A stretch of 62,134 bases of DNA, counting the filler, from Choristocarpus tenellus KU-1152 (lineage: Eukaryota > Protista > Phaeophyceae): the NCBI GenBank assembly GCA_964200185.2. It is 10 parts of 10 records of this genome, joined end to end, with 100 filler letters (N's around TTAATTAATTAA, not from the genome) between each part and the next. Parts side by side here need not be neighbours in the genome. Positions count along the whole stretch, not along the records: positions 19,977 to 30,032 come from CAXNAD020003181.1; positions 30,133 to 32,828 come from CAXNAD020025570.1; positions 32,929 to 35,986 come from CAXNAD020022621.1; positions 36,087 to 45,011 come from CAXNAD020004188.1; 6 more parts are not named here. One strand, written 5' to 3'. The translations under genes and the position numbers were made by a program. Below, piece after piece: positions 28,539 to 39,230 of the stretch. The notes under the pieces are model-generated. The model was not told the origin of the DNA. It saw nothing but the letters and a program-made list of their open reading frames with translations, and ran no database searches. Numbering within the stretch: the first letter of the stretch is position 1; each line of letters opens with the position of its first letter.

Positions 28539-29969
28539 TGGGGGTTGCACATACTTGTCCTTGAAGGTAGCCTAGCAGGTCCATTGTGCCACTCTCTGTA
28601 AGGGAATAGTGTAGGATGTGGTGGAGACATGGCGACTTCATTTATTTTTTGCAGACGACGTCTTTCCAGTACGATGGGGGTTATTGTGGCCCAGAAGATT
28701 TTGTTGTATTACGATCAATAGTGAGGTTGTTTGGTCGTTACTGTGGCTATCCAAACCCTTTTCGGACACGCCATCAAGATTGTGGTCTATTATTGTGCTG
28801 CTTGACGTGTTGGTTTGCACTAGGCCTGTTCTAATCTCTGTGTTGGACAAGCTATACCTCATGACACTTTAAGTTGCAACTACCACATTACGTGTGGTGA
28901 GTGATAAGCCGGTATATTTTCTGTTCAATATGGGAGTCATGGTCGTTTCTTGTTCACCTTCCAAGTGAGCATACAAAGGAAAATCTCTCCGTATGTCAGT
29001 ACTGTATAATTTGCAGTGCTGCTTGATGTGGTGTGCGCATGTGATTTTCTACCTTGCGAGGGTTCCAGAGTAACTCTTTATGCTGTAGAAATGTATAATA
29101 TAGTGTGCAGTCCTCAGAGAAGTAGGTTCACTAGAACGTGGGCAGCTAAGATAGCCAGTGAGAAAGGGCTAGAGAAATGCTAGGTGTGGTGCTGGTTTAC
29201 TGACAACTTGGCCAATGGGGACTTGTTGGGACTGTACAGTAATTGTGCTCTATTTACACTTGGCAGATGCATACCAAGAGCACGTGCCTGCTTGAAGTAG
29301 TACCCTTGTTCGGAAAGTTTCAAAATGGGAAGGTATTGGTTGCTGATTTCACCCTGAAATGCCTTTTGTCCTTTCTCGGGGCAGCATATCGAAACCAATA
29401 GGAGGCAGCATCACCATGTTTGACAATTCCAAGTTGCTGCCCACATGAGGTCCTAGTTTTGTACACTGTACACACCCAATAGAGATATCTTACTGCTGAG
29501 TCCCTGTTCAGAGGTTCGACAATGTTGACACCAGTCATGATGGTCAACGTCCCTGCCTGTAAGTAAGATCAGCAGTGGATTGGGAAAGCTGCCACCACTC
29601 CAATGCCCTGACGAGATTCAGGATTGATGGGGGAGTCCATGACTCGATCATTAGGAAACGATTCTGCGTGTCAGTGTCAGTGTAATTGTATTGTATCACA
29701 ACGGTTCCAGCTGTAAGTGTTGCCCAGTTTTTGCATTGAGACTAGTTTAACGACAGGATATTTCTGAGTAAGATTCTTTTATAGTGCTGTGTGGCAAAAC
29801 TAGTCCGCAAATCTCTTTAATCCAATAAAGTATATTAGAGCATAGTAACAAGTTTGTGAATGCATGCAACTCTGTGGCAAATGCGATTCATTGCATATGA
29901 CTCCTTTTTTCACTGGTAATGCTAATAGGTGTCCTCGATCCACACCCCACTTAACGTGTTGGCCCCTAT

Positions 29970-30032
29970 GGCTCAAAGTATCTGGGGGGGGTGGAGGCTG
30001 TCCATTTGGAGCAATTTTTTCATGTTGCGATT
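29970..30032. mobile_element. MITE family B, partial, cut by contig end
   Basis: GGCTCAAAGTATCT, then a G-run, then GCTGTCCATTTGG, as in the full copies at 53386 and 53723. Confidence 0.8.
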
Positions 30033-30706
30033 NNNNNNNNNNNNNNNNNNNNNNNNNNNNNNNNNNNNNNNNNNNNTTAATTAATTAANNNNNNNNNNNN
30101 NNNNNNNNNNNNNNNNNNNNNNNNNNNNNNNNCTCGCGTGAATATCTCTGGGATTTGTGCCAAATCGTCCGAATACGAGAATTCCGGTACAAAAGCCTAT
30201 TTTTTTTTAGTATGTCGAAAAAAGCGGTTCAAAATTGCATATTTTTCGATTTGGTTCATAATATTTGGCTCAAAATAGGGGTACCTACTGTGTTTACTAT
30301 ATTACTATTCCTAGACTAAACTGCTTAGGTATACCACTCCCCTTCCATTCCACCAACCTAGAAATCAAACCGAAACTATATTTTCTTCGAAATCTGTGTT
30401 GTTGTCAGTATTTGATCACTTTTTCTGGATGCATTTTGTTTTAGTTATTTCTGGATAGTCATTCTCAAAAGAGTCGATAAATAATAAATAGTCAAAAATA
30501 GTCAACCTCCCTTAAAGACTCATACCGTCTAAGTATTTATCCTACCGCAGACTTCTTGTTCCCGAGGTTTTCCTCATTCCCGAGGTTTTCCTCTTTCCTG
30601 GTTTTTCTTGGAAAGTTGAAAGTGGTTTCATTCTAAAGGACATTACCATATCACTCTACTCATCATTTTCCCCCCACCTCTCCTTTGTCCTCTGCTTCTG
30701 GAGGAT

Positions 30707-32420
30707 ATGGGGGTTTGTTGTCATGGGCGAGGTGACATCAGATTTCGGAGAGGAATTAGGTGGGTTTTCCTTGATGTGAAAAGCAACCCATGTCATGGTT
30801 CCCGAGGTTTCTGGTATAGGCTCTTTCTGTTAGCAACCCTTGCAACTGTGGGGACGAAAGGCGCAGAGGTCGACTGGAGAACACTATCTCTACGACGGCT
30901 TGACCACATGATGACAACAAGTCTTCACGATGAGGTTTGACAAAGATGAACTCATACAAAGGGCCTATCATACTGTATCCTTTGTCCCCACTACATCACT
31001 CTAATTGCTTGTCATGATAGGTCCAAAGCGTAACCATTGTGTTTATCATTCCTATGAGTTACAGTGTAGACCAAAAATCGAGTTGCAGAGGGATTTTTAT
31101 CGCGACTATTTCATCTCTGTATAGTGGGCCAGTTGTCAGGGCCCCAAGCTATCCTGAGGAGATTTGTCCGTTTAGTAAACTTTAAAAGAACTGTCGCAGA
31201 CCATGGGACGAGAGTTTTAGCAAGACCTGGACATGGTCAACTACTCTAGCAGGAGCATGTAACCAATCCTTGCCTCTAATGTACCCTTGGTGCGGTCTCC
31301 TTGCTCGATAATTGTGCAGCTTGCTGGAAGTGAGGACTCGTTTAAGCGCCTCCTGGACTTCGAGTGGGATGGCTTCAATGCGTCTCCCGAAGGAGCATCG
31401 GCCCCTTTTGTGGTGTGCAGTGCCCCCGGACGGGAGCACTCGCGGCATCTCCGGACACTGGCGGGGGGTTCTAGCAGAGTTCAAACTCTCTACCATCGCA
31501 AGGGGGAGCCCATGTGTGCACTTGTGACCCTTGATCATGGAGGGGTGAAGGAAGTTGCTGCTGATGGCGCGTATTCCTTTAGTCCTTTGCCACACTTGGC
31601 CAAACTAGCTCCTTCAGTTGCTATCACTGCCCTTAAACCAGATACGATAAATGATTGGGAGGAGGGTGAAGAGACGGGCGTCCCCACTGCTCACAACCTA
31701 TTGAAGAAGAGTAGGAAGGAAGGGGGAGTAGTCATAGTGGAGGTAATCCTGACCCCAAACAAGTGATCCCAGCCTGATACGGACAAGCTGGCGCTGCTAT
31801 GGAAGTCACAGATGGATGACAATACCTTTCTCGCAAAGAGTCTCATTGAGAAGCACTTCTGGGGGGAGGTTGAGGAGTCAGCAGTGAGTGGGAAGGGCGC
31901 TTATGATGATAGAATGCTGAGGGTTGGAAAATCTTCACGAATAGAGGCAAGGAAGGATGCGTCGACGCGGACAAAGGGAAGGGGCACTATTGAATCGAAC
32001 CAAGTAGGACATGAGGACAGGAAGAGGAGGGAATGGGCAACACTCCACCTTGCGTTAGGTCTTGGGCAGGGCGACTCCCAAGGGGCAGGGAGATTTGGAG
32101 GGTATGGCAGTGGAGGAATTGGGGATGGTGTTCGCTCTTGTAGGTTCTCAATGCTGAGGCATACCGCCTCTCCTGATGGACATAAAATCTTGTTCCATGA
32201 CCCACACATTATTTGGATGGAAGGGGATGGGAGTGCTGGGGGAGAGGAGGGCAGGGAGGGACTGGGTGCCGATGCCTGTCTATCGGCAATGCTCTCGTTT
32301 CTCTCGCTTAAAGGGGAGGTGTACCATGTTACTGCCAGAAGTCAAAGCAAAACAATGAACCTTGAGGCTGCATGGGTGACCCAGTCTGGTGTTGAAGGTT
32401 ACACACCTCTATGGGATGAG
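30707..32420 (+). CDS. 5' part of a probable S8 subtilisin-like peptidase (KP-43/TagC-type); in-frame TGA, possible pseudogene
   Basis: Exon 30707-30934 has a hydrophobic signal-like stretch (FWYRLFLLATLATVG). Exon 31320-32420 ends ARSQSKTMNLEAAWVTQSGVEGYTPLWDE|gtgagg, which resembles the pro-domain/mature junction N..A..I.QSG....TP.W..G of KP-43-like subtilases. ORFs 31287-31766 and 31812-32552 share one frame and are split only by TGA at 31764-31766. The catalytic motifs are not in this contig. Confidence 0.65.
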
Positions 32421-32928
32421 GTGAGGGTTGAAGAAGAGATTGCCACCAGTAGTGGAGCATACATGACTGTCTTGTACAATGCATGGGGAAGGGTGTGGAT
32501 GACATACAATCCTTTGTTACTCATTCCTTATAGAGACTGTTACTGGTGTTAAGGATATATTTGGTGTATGGAAGTGGGGATGGCCACACAAGGGTCAAAT
32601 GCAGAATCTTCGGGTACAGGGGAACCTACAAACCTGAACAAAGGCCTACAAACTGTGTGTTACACTTGATGCTCTTACCCGTAGGCACTTCTGATTAGGG
32701 GTTTCTAACACTTGCTAGGCCCCAGTCACCCAGCCCCCCCCCAACTCCCTCCCATAACTGCATAGATGAGCCCAGCCTTGTCCCGGTAAACAGGGTGGCG
32801 ACTTTGGTTCCAGTTGGTTCTCAGCGGGNNNNNNNNNNNNNNNNNNNNNNNNNNNNNNNNNNNNNNNNNNNNTTAATTAATTAANNNNNNNNNNNNNNNN
32901 NNNNNNNNNNNNNNNNNNNNNNNNNNNN

Positions 32929-32990
32929 GGAAGCCAAGCCCCAAATGGACAAACAGGGCAAAACCCGTACCCTCTAAGATACTTTCACTC
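32929..32990. mobile_element. MITE family A, partial, at contig start
   Basis: CCCCAAATGGACAAACAGGG...CCCTCTAAGATACTTTCACTC, followed by TAA. Confidence 0.85.
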
Positions 32991-33310
32991 TAAGCATCTT
33001 ACTCCTGACAAAGTAAATTGGCACCTTTTTTTTTCAAAATTGCCCCTCACCCCCCTTCCACCATTCCAGTTCCTGCTTTACCCTGAGCATGTTTTTTTAT
33101 CTTCTCGTCTTCAACCTGAGCATGTTTTTTCAACTGTCCTTGTTGCTCACCTGAGCTAATCCTCCATCTGTAAATGTCGTGCCCCCCTCCCCTTGCAAAG
33201 CCAGCTGGTCCTTGAGTCGCTTGATCTCCTCCTGGAACCTGTTCAGTGCCCATTCGAAATATATTGCAGTAGATTGAGAGGGCTAATGCTTGGCAAGAAG
33301 CATGGATTGA

Positions 33311-33570
33311 GAGCCGAAGTATCTTAGGGGGTAGAGCCGCGTCCATTTGGGGACCAAACTCCAATGTTGTGATTTTGATGTCATTTTGGCTATCATATTG
33401 ATTAAAAGGTGTCAATATCCTTGTTTCGGACACACATTTTCATAAAGTATACATTTCACCTACTCCAAATTATTTTGGAGTAGGTGAAATGTTATTGAAA
33501 AAAGCACGGGAAGCCAAGCCCCAAAGGGACAAACAGGGCAAAACTCGTACCCTCTAAGATACTTTCACTC
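33311..33570. mobile_element. MITE family A, complete (260 bp), PIF/Harbinger(Tourist)-like
   Basis: TIRs GAGCCGAAGTATCTTAGGGGGTA and TACCCTCTAAGATACTTTCACTC. TGA on both flanks (3-bp TSD). Confidence 0.9.
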
Positions 33571-35835
33571 TGAGCTGCAGCATACTACACCGACTGACAG
33601 TTCGATATCGTACTTTGAAGCATTCTTTATTCTGAACATTTTTTGTTCATCATCTGTACATGCTTAACACCACCAGTTCTTTGTGGATGTCCAATGAACG
33701 GGTACTAACCCAGAGGACAACGTGGCTTTTGGCATTTCACAAGCTACTCTTATTTTGTTCATTATGGTGAAAAAGACTTGGATCACACTCGATAACAATA
33801 GACTTCGTGCTTGACACACATACTGCTGTATTGCTCATACGCCTTACTTTCTACTCAGAGTGTTTTTATCTACAGACCACCCCACAAAACAGATACGCAG
33901 TATTGCAATTGACTCTTTGAAGTAGTTAGTTGTTCACATAAGCCCGCACCACTAGCTATGCGAAAAATAAAATAAAAAAGTATAATTATCAAAATTTAGG
34001 GGGTAGGGGGACATGAGCGGTTCAAAAACATAAGCGCTGTTTACACCAAAAGCATGATCCGTGTCTCAAAATGAGCCGATGGGATGGACTCACCAAGAAA
34101 ATCCACCTGCCTTCCTCCATCTTGACATATTATTACTGCTATATATTTTTTGTAGTATTAGTACTACTACCATTATTATTATCCCTCTCCTGCTACTTGA
34201 GTAACTTACCAATGACAGACATTCCCTGTGCAAGTCGCCACACATTCTATCCCTAGTAATAATATTCGACCAAACATGGAGGGTTGGGAGTGCATTTTGT
34301 GAGAATACAATTTGGGTCGCTCTTTCTATCAGGAGGGAGATTGAAGGTCTGGTAGAGTTTATGAGGGTAGGCCCAAGGACAAGGTCCAGATCGATTCCTT
34401 CTACTACCAACACATACACTGTTAGTACTACTGCTAGTACTTGGTACTCTGGTGTAAGTGAGCACTGTAGCAGTACAGATCGACAGATACACTGCTGTGT
34501 GTCTGTTGGTGGTGCTCCTTACTCCCAGATACATGAATACATAGAGTTGTCCATTAAAATTTTCCAAATATACGACTACAAGGTGATTTTTTTCTGACTC
34601 CGCTGCCAATTGCAAGTTGTTGAAATAGACATGAAATATATCATTATCTCAAAAACCTTTGCTGCAATTCTACTGTTAAATGAAGAGCCAGAGTGATAGA
34701 TGCCAGACTCAAGTGCACCACACACACTGTGGACTCGATTATTGGTAGTTTACCCAGGTGTTCATTTATTGCTGACGGGCTCATGCAACCTCCCACTGAG
34801 TGAGGTTAATGATGGAATTAAGGGCATTTTTTTCTTTTTACAGTATAGTCACACTCACTCCCTGAGCATTGCGTCTTTGGGGTCTTCATTGATCTTAGGC
34901 TTGTTCTTGATGTTCTTGGCCCGGTTCGCATACCTGAACATGGGACAAGGGGGGTGGGGGGGAGGGGGGCGGGGAGTATCACCTCGTATCACTCGTTAAA
35001 GCAGAAACCAGAGAAGTTCTGTCCTTGTTAGTCATCATTTTCTTGTGTACTCATGGTCAGCAGATGGTACAGTTGGTCGTCATTCCTCCACGCTCTGACT
35101 TTATCGGGCCCGATGTATAACACACCAATAGTATAGTGAGAAAGACTTCACAACTCGTGTCCAACTCCCTGTCAAGAATTTAAGCAAAATATATCATGTG
35201 CTCAAGAAGAGAGAAGGTGACCTTGAAGTGGTGCTGTTGGAGATAGTGTGCTACACCTCCCCACCTGCCTCCTCCGCCTGAATTGAAGCCTTACTGACTA
35301 CTGCAGTACTCCAAACTACGAAGATTTTCAGTTTGATTGTTTCACAATCTTCATATTCAACCAAGTTTTTTTGTGAATGGATCCGTTCTGCTACAGTAAC
35401 ATCAAACTGTTTGTAGTAAGCGACATTGAGAACCAAGATTATTTCTTCTACTGCTGCCAAAGTACAAAGCAACAATATCCTTCCTTCCAGAAGCCAACTT
35501 TACAGAATGTGTCCCTTAAACCTTAGCATGGACACACACACACATACACACAAATTTTATACTTTACCTCAGTGTAGATACGGTCTCATCGTAGTTGTAC
35601 TCTGCTGGGCCTGCATTGGCACACATAACTGTTTTGGTGTTGCCCCCCAGACTGCTCAGAAGAGTGGGAAGTGTGATTTAGAGACAGGGTGGGTTGCAGG
35701 AGGGGAAGAGGGCTGGGGGGCGGGGGAGGGGGGGGTAGTGAGAGGGAGAGTTGTGGGATATTCATGGAAGCCCAGACAATTTGTGAGAAAAAACTCAAAG
35801 AGCAAACCCCATGGAAATCTCTATGATATCTGTAC

Positions 35836-35986
35836 GAGTGAAAGTATCTTAGGGTTAGGGTACAAGTTTTTCCCTGTTTGTCCATTTGGGGCTTGACTTC
35901 CTATGGGCTTTTTAATGACATTTTCCTACTCCAAAATGTTTAGGAGTAGGTAAAATGTGTACATTATGAAAAGGTGTGTCCAAAAC
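35836..35986. mobile_element. MITE family A, partial, reverse orientation; TIR carries a telomere-like insertion
   Basis: Reads GAGTGAAAGTATCTTAGGGTTAGGGTAC where sister copies read ...ATCTTAGAGGGTAC. Confidence 0.85.
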
Positions 35987-36876
35987 NNNNNNNNNNNNNN
36001 NNNNNNNNNNNNNNNNNNNNNNNNNNNNNNTTAATTAATTAANNNNNNNNNNNNNNNNNNNNNNNNNNNNNNNNNNNNNNNNNNNNCCCCACACCCCCAG
36101 CACACTCGAACCACATTTGTGAAGTTTAGCCCTCCTAACCCCCCCTGCCCTCCCCTGCACCCCCCCACCCACCCCATCTCCATCCCATCCCATCCAAACA
36201 TACTTGTAAGGAATGTGTGTTGATGTGCACCAATACTTTCTTGACTGCACTAAAGGCGATACAGTATTACCAGTCTTTCGAAAGACTCTTACCTAGGTGT
36301 ATCAAATGTCTCTGTGGTGTATCAATGCCTTGACATTTAACTCTTTACATCAAATCACTCAACACTGTTAAAAGGCTATTGTCTCGTCTCCAAAATGTGT
36401 GATGTCAAAATATATATATATATAAATATAAATATATAGTAACAAAGCTCGGAACACGAAGTGAACACACCAAATGAAATGCACAGTTTATACTAACGAA
36501 CCGTGCTTTCTTGCTCCTCCACAGGAGCATTATACTTCAAATGCCCTAACCCTAAGTTCAACTTACCGCACTAACGTGTTGTGCATCCACTTTATTGACA
36601 CAACCGGAGGAGAGCCTTGACCCCTACAAGCAAGTTCAACTTCTAGGAAGCCTTGGCGTAGAACCAGATGCATTCCAAAATGGTGGAGGAAAGATCATCA
36701 GAGCATTAGGAAAGAACCTACCACAACAGTCATAGCGGCGTAAGACTTGCGCACATAATCCAGTGCAAGGGTCACCTAGAAAAAAACACTCCCAAAAAGA
36801 AAACATGATACGTTTTCCAATGAAAACACCACAAGAGTCCTCCATTCCTCTCTCAAGGATGGGTTTTGTGTCCCAC

Positions 36877-38274
36877 CTGCATGCAAGCACCGCTGACAGC
36901 TTGCCACATCCATACTGTCCCATCCTGGCTGCCAGCAAGTAGCACATTTCCTCCCTTATGCCACCTTCACGACAACAGAGGGCGTTGCACCAGTCAAAGG
37001 TTTGCCGCTCAAAGTGTTGGTCCTAGTAGGATACGCACTCAATGTGGATGGAGGCTGGGGTCATGAGGGAGGGGGGGGGACTGGTACTACGTCAAGAGCA
37101 AGAGTATTCATCATCTTGGGGTACCCAATTCTTTGCATCCTGGCAGAGTTGAATACACACGCCATGGCCAGCTTCAGGCGCGATGACAAACACTACCGCA
37201 AAAGCAGTACGTACAGCGATGTCTAAAGTAAAAACAATCTGATAGTCAAAGCAGCGCAAAAGAACCAGGTTTAGGGTTAGGGTTAACTGACTCTAACCTT
37301 AACTCGCACAGCCCACTTCACTCACTCCCTCTCCCCTATCCCCCACCCCAACAAGCAGTACCAAAAAAAAGGGCAAGCTGTCATTCACAACATAGGTATC
37401 ATCATCCTAAATACTACCTAGCCTGCACTCCCCATCCCACAAAGCTCTCCATACCCTAAACAAGTTTAAGTGTGTGCCACCCCCTGCCCCCACCCCTTCT
37501 TCCTCCACAGCCCTTCTTCCACTCACGAGAGCCACTCCACATCATCTGGCCCTTCTAAGACTGTCTTCTCAGAGCCCGACTCTGCATCCCAAACCTTTAA
37601 CACCCCTCCGTAGCACCCAGTAGCAACCAGAGCACCATCTGCACTGAATCCTACAGCATTAACAGTGTCGGTGTGTCTGCAAAAGGTAGTACATCAAGAG
37701 TGGGAAGGCGTTGTGAACTGTGCAGAGCTAAGGGCATCATATAATAGGTCATAGGTTGCCTGAGCTGGGCAGTAAATGTTGTGGTGAGCACTCAACAGTA
37801 CCACATAAGTGTTCATTGTTCAAAAGTGAGGAGGTAGGGATTCCTGTTTCAATGGGGGAATAGGATGTAGTGCAGTGCCCTACCTCATAGATTTTGGTTA
37901 ATGCCACACTCTTGGTTTAGGTTGATGCGACCAACACAATTAGTGCCAGCTATAGAGGCATAAGATATCCCCAACTCTGTCTACTACGTGTGGTACTGTG
38001 GGCTCAACACTCGTTGAAATTTGAGAGAGGAAAAATTACAGCAATCTAATCTCTCACCCAGTCAGTTCCACATGGCTCAAGATCATGCCTCCTGGGGCTA
38101 TGTTCCACAGGAAGGCCTTGTCGTCACCACCTCCAGTAACAAACTACTGGTGCACAGGGGTTAGGGTCGGTCAAAGTGGACTAGAGTGGAGTGATATGTG
38201 TTGGAAAGGGGATAAGGTGATACAATGATCAGAGCACTGGAATGCGTTTCTTGTAAGGAGTACTTTCCACCCTT

Positions 38275-38309
<35 letters not shown>

Positions 38310-39230
38310 GTACAGCACAAGGCCTATGTATGTCGGGGGAAAAGGTTTAGATCATACTACATACATCCCGCGTTGGTCGGATACTTAAGTGTTATTGGTG
38401 GTGAAACCGGTGCAAGGATATTGAGCGAGTCCCTTGTCTCCAAAGAATTTGCCTCAACGACACGATCCTTCACCAGACATGCAAGTACGCAAGACAAGTG
38501 AGGACTTGTGGCTATCCATACAACATGGCAAATATTTCCCAGTGCACCCCCGGAATAGGTGGGGTCATAGTGTGAAGCACCTGCGTTGGCAGCTTGGGGT
38601 TGACAGCAATACAATACACCGGTTCAGAGTGCCTCGCGAATGTCACTTCTGACATGTCTATCACTAACGTGGCTTCGCTCTCGCCATCACTCATATCGTC
38701 GTCAGCTTCATTCCCTGAAGCGGCGATGGTTGTCGATACGACCTGGATGGTGGTTTGCGAGACATGGGAGGATACGACCCTTGGCATACAAAATGTGGAG
38801 AGGGTATCAGCCCATCTGCAATACCATGTCATTTCGATAGTATTAATATCATCCAATGCTTCCTAGGTACATGCATGAGATAGTGCTGCCATGTTGTAGT
38901 CATGAGCTTGCCTCGTACTCTTCAGCAATGTCCTCGACCCCGATGAACTCCGCATTGGCATCTTGTTCATCATCTGGTCCATCTGCATCTACGTCGATTC
39001 CCATATCTTCGTCACCACCTTGTTCATCCTGTGGCAAATAGAGCACAGCAGATAGTTCGTGGCATTGTGAGCTTGCTGAGACCTTTTTTGAGCAGGGCAG
39101 GGTGGAACTGGCTGCTTTAGGACAAGTTGCTTGCTTGAGAGAGCTTCGCGACTTCTACCGTCAAACTCACATATTCTTCTTTGTGCGAGGGATCATCATC
39201 ACCGCCTCCATTCCCTACAAAGTCGGCCAT
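36877..39230 (-). CDS. AAMP: AAMP/SQT1-like WD40-repeat protein (60S ribosome assembly chaperone family), 5' six exons
   Basis: Exons on the minus strand: 39230-39171 (ATG), 39028-38912, 38742-38581, 38143-38058, 37676-37527 and 36964-36877, all phase-compatible. An acidic N-terminus is followed by TFARHSEPVYCIAVNP, FVTGGGDDKAFLW, LTGHTDTVNAVGFSADGALVATG and LEGPDDVEWLSWHKGGNVLLAGSQDGTVWMW...GACMQ, which is characteristic of AAMP/Sqt1. The remaining exons probably lie beyond the contig end. Confidence 0.92.

Noticed and set aside
36567-36623. Candidate extra AAMP exon (AG..GT-bounded, 57 nt, minus strand)
   Set aside because: The peptide GSRLSSGCVNKVDAQHVSA does not match the expected next WD40 segment (VF.GH...).
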